From IMG/VR virus record IMGVR_UViG_3300042892_000699: a stretch of 64,000 nt of DNA. One strand, written 5' to 3'. The stretch is from a virus. Lineage: Duplodnaviria > Caudoviricetes. The notes under the pieces are model-generated. The model saw only the letters and a program-made list of their open reading frames with translations. It ran no database searches and was not told the origin of the DNA. The position numbers and the translations under genes are program-made. Position 1 is the first letter of the stretch; each line of letters opens with the position of its first letter. This document shows positions 55,001-61,323 of the stretch, in pieces.

Positions 55001-57279
55001 TCTTTTACAGTGTTATCAGCACCATAAGGAAGCATATCTGATCTATAGTATGCAGACTTATTGTCTTTATGGTTGTTGATAAGTTTTAAAACATAGTCAA
55101 GCGCATCAGCAGGTGTTAGTTGACTGTCAACTGAAACTGACAATCTTAACAGATTCATCTTAAACTGATTATACTGTTCTGCACCAAATCGCAATGCATC
55201 TACGACATTGTGTTCTTTTTTACCCAAGAACATCATAGCAAATGCAATAGGATTAGAGTTAATAACTAATCTTGTTCCGTATTTTGTATAATCTGAAACA
55301 TCTCTTAAATTGCTAGTTCCAGGAAATTTTCCCGTGAACTCAGCTGCAGACGAAACCATAGTTGACAAGTGGTCTTCCAACTCACTCAATGTCATGTCTG
55401 AAACATCGCTGTTTAGCGGATTGTTTGTTAAACTTAGAGGAGTTTCATAATAACCATTTTCGTTAGGTGTTTGTTCAGTAGTAATTTTTAATTGAACAAC
55501 ATCGTTAACCGAAAGAGTTCTATTAAATGTAACAGAAATATCACTGCCTGTATTAACTGTGGATGTAGTTTGTACATTGTTGATATAGGAAACAATTGAT
55601 GAAGGTGTGCTATATGGTCTATCTAAAGAAGTTATAAAAATTGTATTGGTGTTTTCTTCAACTACCTGTGTTTCAATAATAGGTATTTGATATGACTCAG
55701 CATTTTTCCAAACATTAACCAATGATGTTGTTCCGTCTGCATTATTAGATTTAATATATCCAATACCAGTTTTAACAAAAGAACTTACATTATCTACAGT
55801 TGAAGAAATTACATCTGTCATGAAATAGTTACTAAACAGATAACTACCTATTCCTACACTATTTTGATATCGAAGTGCAAATCCTAGAACAGAATCAGGT
55901 GTACCTGTTCCTACAGCATAACCAAATAATTTACTTCCTGCAAAGTCATTTATATTTGCAGACTGTGTATAACTAACGCCGTCTGCGTCAAACAAGTCAA
56001 ACAGGGGGGCTTGATTTAAAACTGTTCGTTGCTGAGATAATACCCACACTTGTTGGGATGTAGAATAGTAAAAACTCTTTCCTGAATTAACTATTCCGTA
56101 ATTAACTGAGATAGAATTTAAGTCTTCAAGGGTATCTACTAATGTTAGATGTAAAACAGGAGATTCACTATTTGTATAAGCTACCTGATAAATTTTTCCT
56201 CTAACATTTTCATTTAAGTCAGCATTAAAGATAATCCGTTGCCCGTGTTCAAGCAATACGCCATCAATGTAGTAACCAAAAGACCCGTCTACTGTTTCAA
56301 ATGCATTTTGTGTATCTGTATCAATTAAGTCAATATTTTGAATACCGGTTACACCAAAGTTATAAAGTTGCAGGTTAGGCTTAAATTCTACAATAGGTCT
56401 TTTTGCTTTAGCAGTTACTGGATATAATGCTGTTTGATTATTAATCTCAGCAGTAACTCTAATAACTTCTTTGTGCGTCCATCTATTGTAACGAGACCAA
56501 GGATTTAAATCTTGACTAGATTTATTGATTGTGATATATTCAGGAGTTATAGGAAGTTTTTTATCTCCATCAAACGGAAAATCATCAAACACTGTACTGT
56601 CAAAAGTTTCGTTATATCCTTGTGCTAGGGATTCGTTAACTTCTAACTTGTCAAAATCAACCAACTTGATTGCTTCGCCGACGCCTTCAACAATATATTC
56701 CTTACCTTGAATAATAGTTCCTGTTGTGCCAACTGTGGAAGTAGAGAATACCAACTTCATACCATTAGACACACTATAACCATTATCCATTAGATAATTA
56801 GGTTGACCTAACATTGATACTACTAGATTAGTTCCAGTATTATCAATTAAAATAGGTTCTGGTCCTGTAGGTAACCAGTAATATTCACTGTAATTAACTA
56901 ACTTGTCCCAATCTATTAACGGATCGTAAGAATAAAAATTAGATCTAAAAAGTCTGTCTAAGTCTTCAGTACGGCCACCCTGAATAGAAAGTTCGTTAAT
57001 AATATCATCATACCCAATGACATCGGTAATATTAGAAATAGAATCTCTTAAAACTAATGCAGGTTCTAACTGATAATTTTTACGAAGAGGCAAATCTTCT
57101 TTTAGATAAACATCATTTGCCGGATCATAGTTAGGAGTAACTTTAGACCCTATAAATCCATCAATCCTCTCTAACTGTGGAGTTTGAATTAATTGATCAA
57201 TAGTACTAGATAAAAATTTATCGTTCTTATTTGATCTTAAGTATTCCGGTAATAAATTTACTGATTTTTTATCCGCCAT
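43081..57279 (-). CDS. Giant (4732 aa) baseplate wedge/structural protein with FG-GAP-like propeller, NIDO-like and CBM5/12-like segments
   Basis: N-terminus SVNLLPEYLR...FLSSTIDQLI typical of the wedge subunit following gp6. FGYS/FGHS/FGQA/YGTS + xxAP repeats. DDEFTGPYSLGF...VYVGTNGYVTFG segment. Confidence 0.6.
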   Translation of the reverse strand: MADKKSVNLLPEYLRSNKNDKFLSSTIDQLIQTPQLERIDGFIGSKVTPNYDPANDVYLKEDLPLRKNYQLEPALVLRDSISNITDVIGYDDIINELSIQGGRTEDLDRLFRSNFYSYDPLIDWDKLVNYSEYYWLPTGPEPILIDNTGTNLVVSMLGQPNYLMDNGYSVSNGMKLVFSTSTVGTTGTIIQGKEYIVEGVGEAIKLVDFDKLEVNESLAQGYNETFDSTVFDDFPFDGDKKLPITPEYITINKSSQDLNPWSRYNRWTHKEVIRVTAEINNQTALYPVTAKAKRPIVEFKPNLQLYNFGVTGIQNIDLIDTDTQNAFETVDGSFGYYIDGVLLEHGQRIIFNADLNENVRGKIYQVAYTNSESPVLHLTLVDTLEDLNSISVNYGIVNSGKSFYYSTSQQVWVLSQQRTVLNQAPLFDLFDADGVSYTQSANINDFAGSKLFGYAVGTGTPDSVLGFALRYQNSVGIGSYLFSNYFMTDVISSTVDNVSSFVKTGIGYIKSNNADGTTSLVNVWKNAESYQIPIIETQVVEENTNTIFITSLDRPYSTPSSIVSYINNVQTTSTVNTGSDISVTFNRTLSVNDVVQLKITTEQTPNENGYYETPLSLTNNPLNSDVSDMTLSELEDHLSTMVSSAAEFTGKFPGTSNLRDVSDYTKYGTRLVINSNPIAFAMMFLGKKEHNVVDALRFGAEQYNQFKMNLLRLSVSVDSQLTPADALDYVLKLINNHKDNKSAYYRSDMLPYGADNTVKEYTVGIIPSYVYPLGIEFDPTILSFKSILIYLNDVQLIYGKDYEIDSIDGTVTVISSLVKDDVIKIVTYLDTLGCFVPPTPSKLGLYPKYEPELYIDTSYTSGNVSMIRGHDGSVMQAYGDYRDEIILEFEKRVYNNIKVIYNTEIFDVKSTIPGAFRNSKYTLDDANRILRKDYMRWAGMYNVDVSANSTFDENNSFTWNYKGSIDSVFFNTVPGYWRGIYQYFYDTDRPHSHPWEMLGFTTKPTWWAIEYGPAPYTSSNTLMWTDLKNGYVRGTGTYKTEYARSQLLTIIPVDTSGNLKAPDQFLVSENAYSDKKFTWAFGDRNPAETAWHRSSYWPFAVNAMAALLEPCNYTSSMYDVSRTTFNQSNQLVYAGDLYLNPKKLLVEGDYQISGVGSLIIEKGKQTDLGYVAKFQQDLSYLDFNLFHKLGGFASKEKLQIIIDSIDPVSTSQGAVLPPEDCAFILNISNPVKSANISGIIVQKSNGKFVVKGYDRSNPYFEILKPIKTATSGAVTVGGVSSPFTEWTSVTNNGTTGISETDLTSVETNTSRYYKQGQIVRYNSRFYRVKIGHVATSTFDETYFQQMSSLPMTGGATAQQATKFETAVTEVPYGTEYNTIQEVYDLIVGYGAYLEKQGFLFDQYSTDLKEILDWQFTGKEFLFWTTQNWADGNLITLSPFANTLRYKFVDSIVDNIASGNYEYSLLKADGKSFPISNFNLSRQDGVCTINTLNTEEGIFFATLNSVQKEHAIVFNNTTIFNDTIYDIESGYRQRRVKITGFRTANWNGDLFSPGFIYDAVEISDWKSFGIYLPGKVVRYNGAYYESSVRVNGDETFDFNKWVKLSNKPTPDLLPNFDYKINQFEDFYSLDIDNFDYGQQQLAQHLIGYTPRTYLNNIFTNATAQYKFYQGFIREKGTRNAIDKIVKAGTFARKGDVSFNEDWAFRVGHFGGFETYKEIEFKLEEGTAIENPYVVKFISEMPSNASNLINYTSSTNLLISPSGYNPAQTFKVYNSTGYEDTNIDLTTVGYVRLDDVTSTAYNKNSLLDIANNSSIQEGDTIWMGFLENGDWDVYRYSRQTAKVSGVYVSAPATAITFTTDIHHSLAVGDIVSVVKFNDQVNGVYIVTEIPELNQFTVASGLTTIVNDDLLAFGALFKFDDVRYQNFEELKNVPDLRKLKTGEKIWIDNAPDKWAVYQKIKNYDTGIGINSSASPIAQQLGFSIYASDDIPLVIVSAPTWDFPSYDSTGRVSVLEKNRLTLDKQFEYIMNSNDKIYCDVSLSTGFGYSLNYDNSKELIFTGAPEATNVRSTGTSAILFSTGSGYAKSFVSEGLVKISSKRPLVNEEITQKVLVRPNYNDTVTYSTSSYARFGHSIYLNQVVSTSSSTLLVSAPGDGVNNTGTGHVYAYYLSTTTSATNLVSITQHLSSNLEDGISLRPEGITQNSQMQWGHKIAGDYAGKFIAISAPGYTTSSTSGIVQIFDNSLNWKQTIVSPFGTTDIFGDDVYVSASGKFMFISSVNTKLIGEGFGKVAVYTATNLTSTGTYILRQVIDNPVLTNDLKFGQAISLSKNETVLTVSSLGKNRSKIYGFDEGTRFGETTFDQGTTRFISPISDAGAVYVYNNLGDYFIQAEELNDADFIEGSRYGTSVVATNDAVYVGAPWYVSASEADGSTFFQFNKIDNTKNSWSLLREQPDLVEIDTVKRIVLIDSVNEEVIEYLDVIDPLKGKIAGIAEQELKYKSASDPATYSIGTIGTINDSETNWIDEHVGELWWDLSTAKYVWYEQGDDIFRKNNWGKLFPGATIDVYEWVKSNLLPTEWASQADTSEGLTNGISGQPKYPDNSIVSVKQVWNTVTNSFENVFFFWVKNKVLIPDAKNRRISAYQVSSLIADPVSNGLKFAEILSSDSVAFANIQPMLIGNYINANISTDEIKNSIPRHTEWLLLEEGSASSMPNTMLNKKLFDSLLGRDALGNLVPDINLSYRNKYGIGIRPQQTLFKDRLQALRNIVEFANSVLIDSRITGNYSFSNLERKEEIPDALDREYDLIVEDLEELTEVDTSTFKQAYIECFTLNGKVISAVVTDPGFGYALPPKVNVNATTGIGAVIETEIDVNGRVINAVVTAPGSNYVEESPVVVVRPHTVIVQVNTEYGNRWTKHIYDYLYKTWLRIKTQTYNTPLYWKYADWVKSTYDGFKDYKYVVNDTYEVATLNDTVPGDYVKIKNAGDGNYIILEKLTDTEIGDFSTSYDIIYRQNGTVQILDTIWNYSDSNYAYDVATLEETLYDQIPDLELFYILTALKDDIFVRDLKINWNLLFFKAVKYALTEQKLLDWAFKTSFINVKNNIGSLDQRSVYQLENEQYFEDYIKEVKPYRTKIRSYTSIYNNNVDQGSVYLTDFDLPSYYNSSTGKFEVVQLGNTLLDEYPRKSWNDNYKYYVKSIEVGNKGAGYTQRPNVQITTALGDSGAGAKAEAYIRNGELYKVLVTHPGSGYVTPPLVTITGGGQYVTSTATVSVVMGNDTIRKNTVGIKFDRVGTGYELGDTTVTETFVCSGDANKFVLSWLAEPNKSNITPLVDGKLVLATDYTIEYYTETYNNYTKKYSRFVFLNYVPGEGQIFKITYNKNINLYTAVDRIHNYYEPTDSMPGLELPLLMSGAEFGETQLQGLRFDYSPPWGHGAYDNNSAWSDLTDYYASAKLVADALYNTGTLVLSTTEGISPGQKIILTNTALNYLRTDTVVVSVNTGANSIEVSNYEFQIKRVWSDSLTTRGTLVFYTVEDFGGDIRVGDYAEIWGINGGEGGTLTGFDGRYQVTGVGTDRFTAIGTGTHWSSVLSTSTVRSAPAGTTVRIPSMLRDYEVTSTYKIYSFADDIINTTTVYYDTLISIQDVSTSSVYLDYSTLPLQTSSLAEYVETTATSSGTLALTIRGLGLSGHHIDVDIYGYPKLEFWKDNFNVNGVDTELTAGSWDSAGNFVGALGVNPTDLTVNGSGFLNAQLGYAPEEHVKGQTFDSVSINVYTQENNSSPLVISGAVPVVSGRVSVTTLPHPVTESVGVQVEYKGLIFDRLDTPPDPGTIGPYFSSSLATPIGVSGAPIGASAGDDEFTGPYSLGFNWNMFGTVYTEVYVGTNGYVTFGGGDTEYTPLNIDALENPSIMVMFCDLWQAIGESGQLLENGQLPGLWFDTGTISGTTTQFNYWRLRFQGSHYQKRDEPGVLPAYQYELGLYSDGVNQYVEMIYENTWREYDPLNASSSVPNGGFITGISNQNGANAVQVPYTSIQNNTSHVFYSTSEGGNWQYAGQGSFDPNKEPYNFTARNQFFIYDRTLYIAPQTTTGRAGYTLMTMGGDYLLDSNLVSVSDQSSVLIPSLASIDDVRSVYVTVNGTQIFETLSTSSYGYMVSPTGIENNRAAVTVYNIPAGTNVIQAWFFETNYPEFNGVWTEYFNITTTTTVLNLTKPIANIEPISAQVLVEYEALAGAGRRRLSPPDVTYYKFDGTQLTFNIDNKPRPSGTYSIETVHVYLNGFLLRSGFDYTLSVSNSTITFPTGLLVNGDAIAIESLIDYDYIVSGNTVILSTPLTSGSVKVTTFTDHDGMLIRTERFSGNSMRRFTLSLPVISAEYVWVYVDGAPLIPGYDFGLLPDQRTIQLSEWIFVNTSNDIMITSINSPLRNNVTLGYRIFKDIFDRTSYTRLSDFYSTRLTKELTLTDTEIHVEDSSRLIPPNPIRNIPGVVFVDSERIEFFEKASNTLSNLRRSTHGTAPALFSEVGTKLMDQSTQQQVPYSDVIKKQYHITTSTTNARVLSTVTNSFNTYTFVISTSSYSTDVGPYQFVCDGITLSTSTDATNQVTIKYGGRTLRKTSTLVHDSRRAYDTTSTSLVTLDSEFTVVYNSLTNNHELKLNIEGFVSGVRLEIEQRTGQFWQPIEEVSANEWVIKSSLLTAVTPQAMFIQQKTTELPDYYYYGGDPTLTDNNNFELTDDNNNPIEGY

Positions 57280-57280
57280 T

Positions 57281-60200
57281 TCATGTTCCGCTAGTTGTTA
57301 CGATTGAAGATGATGCTTTCAATTGTGATGCTGTGATGCCGTCGATAATTTCAATGTCATTAATAGTTACGCCGCTGATAAAAATTTCATCAGACTGACA
57401 TGCAACTTCGTATAGACTTCCAAAACTAGTATCATTTTTTGGTACAATTACAAAGTTACTAATATCAGGTGTCAAGCTGTTCATGACATACGCAGACAAT
57501 TCACTAAAATAAAACGTTTGACCAAATTCCCAGTTTTCTAAAGCAAAAAATTCATTGATTGCTGTTAATATTCTTGTTTTAATATCATTGTCTGTAGTTG
57601 CTTTATTAGAATTCTTAACAGCTTTAAAAACTGCCCGTAAATTAGAATCTGCTTTACTACCAAACAATACTTTATATTTTACAGGGTGAAAAATAATTTC
57701 ATCGCTGATTGCCTTAATAGGTTCTAATTTTTCTCTATAATTTTGTTCTAGACTTTGACTTGTAGGAGCAAACGGTTCTCTAGTTGTGTTTCCTGCAATC
57801 CAACTTCTAAACTCATTATCATATGACAATGTTAAAACATACACGTCAATTAAATTTGTCTTGCTAGGATCAATTCTTTTTTCATCACCGCTATTATGTA
57901 CATACTGGAATTTTAAATCAGAGCGGCCAACTCTTCCATAGTATTCGTCTGTGAATAAAAGAGAGTTAGTCCCCGAAGACCAGTACTTAACTACATCTTC
58001 GTCTGGTGAATAGAAATAAAACAAATCGCCGTTTTCAATAGGTTGGTTTAATTGTAACTGATTATATTTGTAAGTATTCCAACTTGTTTCAGATTCGATT
58101 GAATCTCTAATATCAGTTGACAGATTGTATCTTAGCCCGTCTGCTTGTTTTTTAAAATAGATATAATTATCGCCAACAAGTTTTGTAAATGCTTCCGGAT
58201 CTGCTATATAACCAGTATTATTATAATCATAAAAACTAACACGAACTTTTTTAGGATCGACATAACCGTCTGACTCTATAACAGCTCCGTCAATTTGCCA
58301 TGAGTAATCTAAACCTAACTGTCCCGAAATGTTAGAACTTTGACTCCAAATTCCAGATTCATTTTTAAAGATTTTATTAGTTGCAGTGTTTAGATAAAAG
58401 TCGCCCGAACTACCTATTGATGATGTAGGATTGGATCCGCCACCGTACCACGTAACTGATTCAACGGGTTGAGTATTAACTGACAACACATCAATTTTAT
58501 CTTTAATAACAGTATTAGATACAAAATCGTAGTTAACTGACGTATCGTCTATGAAAAACCCTGTTTCATTTTCACTTTCAAAAATGTGATTTAATGTTCT
58601 AAACTTAACTCTATATTTCTTTCCTGTCCAAATAAATGCAATAATCCAGCTAGAGTCTAATCCTAGATCTTCGACATTATTTTGTGTTGCAAGATTAAAT
58701 GCATTCGTTGTATTCAAATTTGAATTTAAGATGATGCTCCAGGTTCTTGAACCTGCATCAATAGTTAGACCAAAATTTCTCTGCGTCATGCAAATGTTTG
58801 CAATTTCATTTTCGATAGAAAAACTTAAAATACTACTGTATTTCGGAAGAACTTCAACAGGTATAGCACTCAAGGCCACTGTTCCGTTTCCAGGAACCCG
58901 TGTTGAGAAAATAACAGGACCTGTTCCGTCATCCAGTGTGCCCGATCCTGAATTAGCACCATCACCTATAACTTGACTAACTCCTGCCCAGAAATAAGTT
59001 TTTCCATTTGTAGGAATTACATTGTTAGCAGGAATAGATTTTAAATTATTGTTTTCGTCAAAGTATTTTTCAGATGGTGCAACAAATTTTACAGATGCTC
59101 CTGCTTCAACATATTTTAAATTGCTGTCTGAATACAAACCAACAGACTGAGGGCCAGATGAATTTTTAAAATAACCTCTGCTTTGTCCAGGTGTTTTATT
59201 AACTTCAACCCATGTCAAACTTAGAGAAGTTATACTTGCTCTTTCATAGTTGTCAAAGTAAAAAGATCTTAAATTAGGTTGTGCAACAATAGGTGCTAAC
59301 TGATTTTTAATAACCGATAGCACTTGATTTCTACTAGAAAACTCAAATTCAAAAAATTCTTCTTTTAGTTCTTTATATAATAAACCGTCAGTGGCAAAAA
59401 TATTTGTATTACTATAACGTCCGCTAACATCTGCAATATCAAAATATTTGCTTAGTCCACTTGAAATTCTATTGATACTCTTAACTTTAAGAATATCAGA
59501 TCCTGCGGTTAAAGGCCCGATGTTATAATCTTCGCCTGTGATCATTCTATTTTGAAGATAGTATGCTTGAGGCGCCTTTGTTTGTATGCTAGAATTTGAC
59601 TCTGGTCCGGCACTATTTGTAACAGTGTACTGCAAACTCATAGTAACTTGCAGAGTATGGCTTTGACCCGAAGCACTAACATAAGGAATTGAAATAACAA
59701 CTCCGCTCATTTGCTCAGGTTTAACAACATAATTAAGACCGTTACTCTGTCTATAAAATAGTCTAAAGTCACCCTTGGGTAAGTCTCCGAATACTCCGTC
59801 GGCAAAGTTTAAATCAATCTGATCTTCATCTCTTGTAGATATAGCGTATATAGTTCTTAGATCTTGATTCAAACTGTTATAAACAACATTGTTGCCTATT
59901 AAGCTAGGAACACCAGTCCATAATGTATCAAATCCACCATTCTTATCTAATTGCCATAACCAAACATCAGTGTTGTTAATGTCGGGTGTATTGACTCCTA
60001 CAATTTCGTTAGGAACAGGATTATCAAGGCCGAATTTAGCCATGCTTAGTGTACCTTGACGGAAGTGAGCAAAGAATCCTGTGTTTACACTGGATGATCC
60101 TTGATTATCATTTTTATAAATGATGCTAAAGGCACCTGCTGGTTCCGGAGCTTCTTCATAGATGTATGTTTTTCGCGAGAATGTACAGGGTACAATCTCG

Positions 60201-60826
60201 AAACTCATAGGCGTGCCGTTGATGTTTTTGCTAAAATTATAGATAGGAACATCTGTGTTTGCACTATTGATACGATACTGTTCTGTGCTAATACCGCTGA
60301 TTGTATCTCTATCTGCTGGATTTCCAAAATTAGAAGTCATAGCAGAGTTCATAATATTAATGAACTGCTGGTACCAGTCTGGGTTAGTAGGATCGTTCCA
60401 ACCTATTGTAGTGTTTGCTAAATTTGTACCGTTAGAATCATAAACATTGTCGGATGTTTGTACCGCAGTTACTTTTAAGAAGCCGTTAGCAGGCATATTT
60501 CTTGCAGGATTATAACTAACCAATTGAGCTAAACGTAGAATACTATCTCGGCGCTGTGCAGTTTCTAAGAAGTTTTCACGAGCATTTAAATCAATGCGGA
60601 AACTTAGATTCTGACCTAGATAAGCAATGAGATCGATAAGAGCAACGTACTCACTGCTGTCAATAAAATCGTTAAATTCTTCAGGATAATTTTCCTGAAG
60701 ATAAGAAATCATAGTGCGGCGGAGTGTTTCAAAATCGTAACTTTTGAAGTCAGCGTTTCTGAAAGACTGGTAGATTTTTTTCCAATCTTCACTTACTAAT
60801 ATTTTTGAATTTGTTGCTGGAATCAT
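57281..60826 (-). CDS. Baseplate wedge subunit (T4 gp6-like)
   Basis: DFETLRRTMISYL...DFIDSSEYVALIDLIAY...ENFLETAQRRDSILRLA...RMITGEDY. Confidence 0.8.
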   Translation of the reverse strand: MIPATNSKILVSEDWKKIYQSFRNADFKSYDFETLRRTMISYLQENYPEEFNDFIDSSEYVALIDLIAYLGQNLSFRIDLNARENFLETAQRRDSILRLAQLVSYNPARNMPANGFLKVTAVQTSDNVYDSNGTNLANTTIGWNDPTNPDWYQQFINIMNSAMTSNFGNPADRDTISGISTEQYRINSANTDVPIYNFSKNINGTPMSFEIVPCTFSRKTYIYEEAPEPAGAFSIIYKNDNQGSSSVNTGFFAHFRQGTLSMAKFGLDNPVPNEIVGVNTPDINNTDVWLWQLDKNGGFDTLWTGVPSLIGNNVVYNSLNQDLRTIYAISTRDEDQIDLNFADGVFGDLPKGDFRLFYRQSNGLNYVVKPEQMSGVVISIPYVSASGQSHTLQVTMSLQYTVTNSAGPESNSSIQTKAPQAYYLQNRMITGEDYNIGPLTAGSDILKVKSINRISSGLSKYFDIADVSGRYSNTNIFATDGLLYKELKEEFFEFEFSSRNQVLSVIKNQLAPIVAQPNLRSFYFDNYERASITSLSLTWVEVNKTPGQSRGYFKNSSGPQSVGLYSDSNLKYVEAGASVKFVAPSEKYFDENNNLKSIPANNVIPTNGKTYFWAGVSQVIGDGANSGSGTLDDGTGPVIFSTRVPGNGTVALSAIPVEVLPKYSSILSFSIENEIANICMTQRNFGLTIDAGSRTWSIILNSNLNTTNAFNLATQNNVEDLGLDSSWIIAFIWTGKKYRVKFRTLNHIFESENETGFFIDDTSVNYDFVSNTVIKDKIDVLSVNTQPVESVTWYGGGSNPTSSIGSSGDFYLNTATNKIFKNESGIWSQSSNISGQLGLDYSWQIDGAVIESDGYVDPKKVRVSFYDYNNTGYIADPEAFTKLVGDNYIYFKKQADGLRYNLSTDIRDSIESETSWNTYKYNQLQLNQPIENGDLFYFYSPDEDVVKYWSSGTNSLLFTDEYYGRVGRSDLKFQYVHNSGDEKRIDPSKTNLIDVYVLTLSYDNEFRSWIAGNTTREPFAPTSQSLEQNYREKLEPIKAISDEIIFHPVKYKVLFGSKADSNLRAVFKAVKNSNKATTDNDIKTRILTAINEFFALENWEFGQTFYFSELSAYVMNSLTPDISNFVIVPKNDTSFGSLYEVACQSDEIFISGVTINDIEIIDGITASQLKASSSIVTTSGT

Positions 60827-60875
60827 GATTTTTACTATTCGATACCGTATTTATTTGAAAAATTATCAGGGTATA

Positions 60876-61313
60876 TTATTGTGCTGTTAGCCCTAGCTTC
60901 TGATCAAACACTAACTTCATCGTAGTTGATTCGTCTGTGTTCCTCATGGCTAAAGTAATTTCAACAAGATACCCCTGCTCATATTCACTGATATCTATCT
61001 GAATTGGATAAGCTCTAGGATCAAAGCTACAGATAGCCTCTATGTCTTGTTGTAATAGTTCTCTGACGTGTTCGGTTAACGGTTCCATTATTAAGTCCCA
61101 GACAATGGTTCCGAACGTAGGATTCATAACCCTACTTCCTTTACGTGTGTTAAAATGATTTAAGATGTCTTGTTTGATTAAATCAAAGTCGTACAACTTA
61201 GATCCGTAGTTTGTAGAATCTACCGTACTGAAGCCGCGATAAAACTGACTTAGTCGGTTAGTATGCTGACTATTGTAATTAGAAACGTTAATTTCAAGGT
61301 TCTTGTAAGGCAT
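60876..61313 (-). CDS. Baseplate wedge subunit (T4 gp25-like)
   Basis: LIKQDILNHFNTRKGSRVMNPTFGT...DPR gp25 motif. Confidence 0.85.
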   Translation of the reverse strand: MPYKNLEINVSNYNSQHTNRLSQFYRGFSTVDSTNYGSKLYDFDLIKQDILNHFNTRKGSRVMNPTFGTIVWDLIMEPLTEHVRELLQQDIEAICSFDPRAYPIQIDISEYEQGYLVEITLAMRNTDESTTMKLVFDQKLGLTAQ

Positions 61314-61323
61314 ACTATATTTA

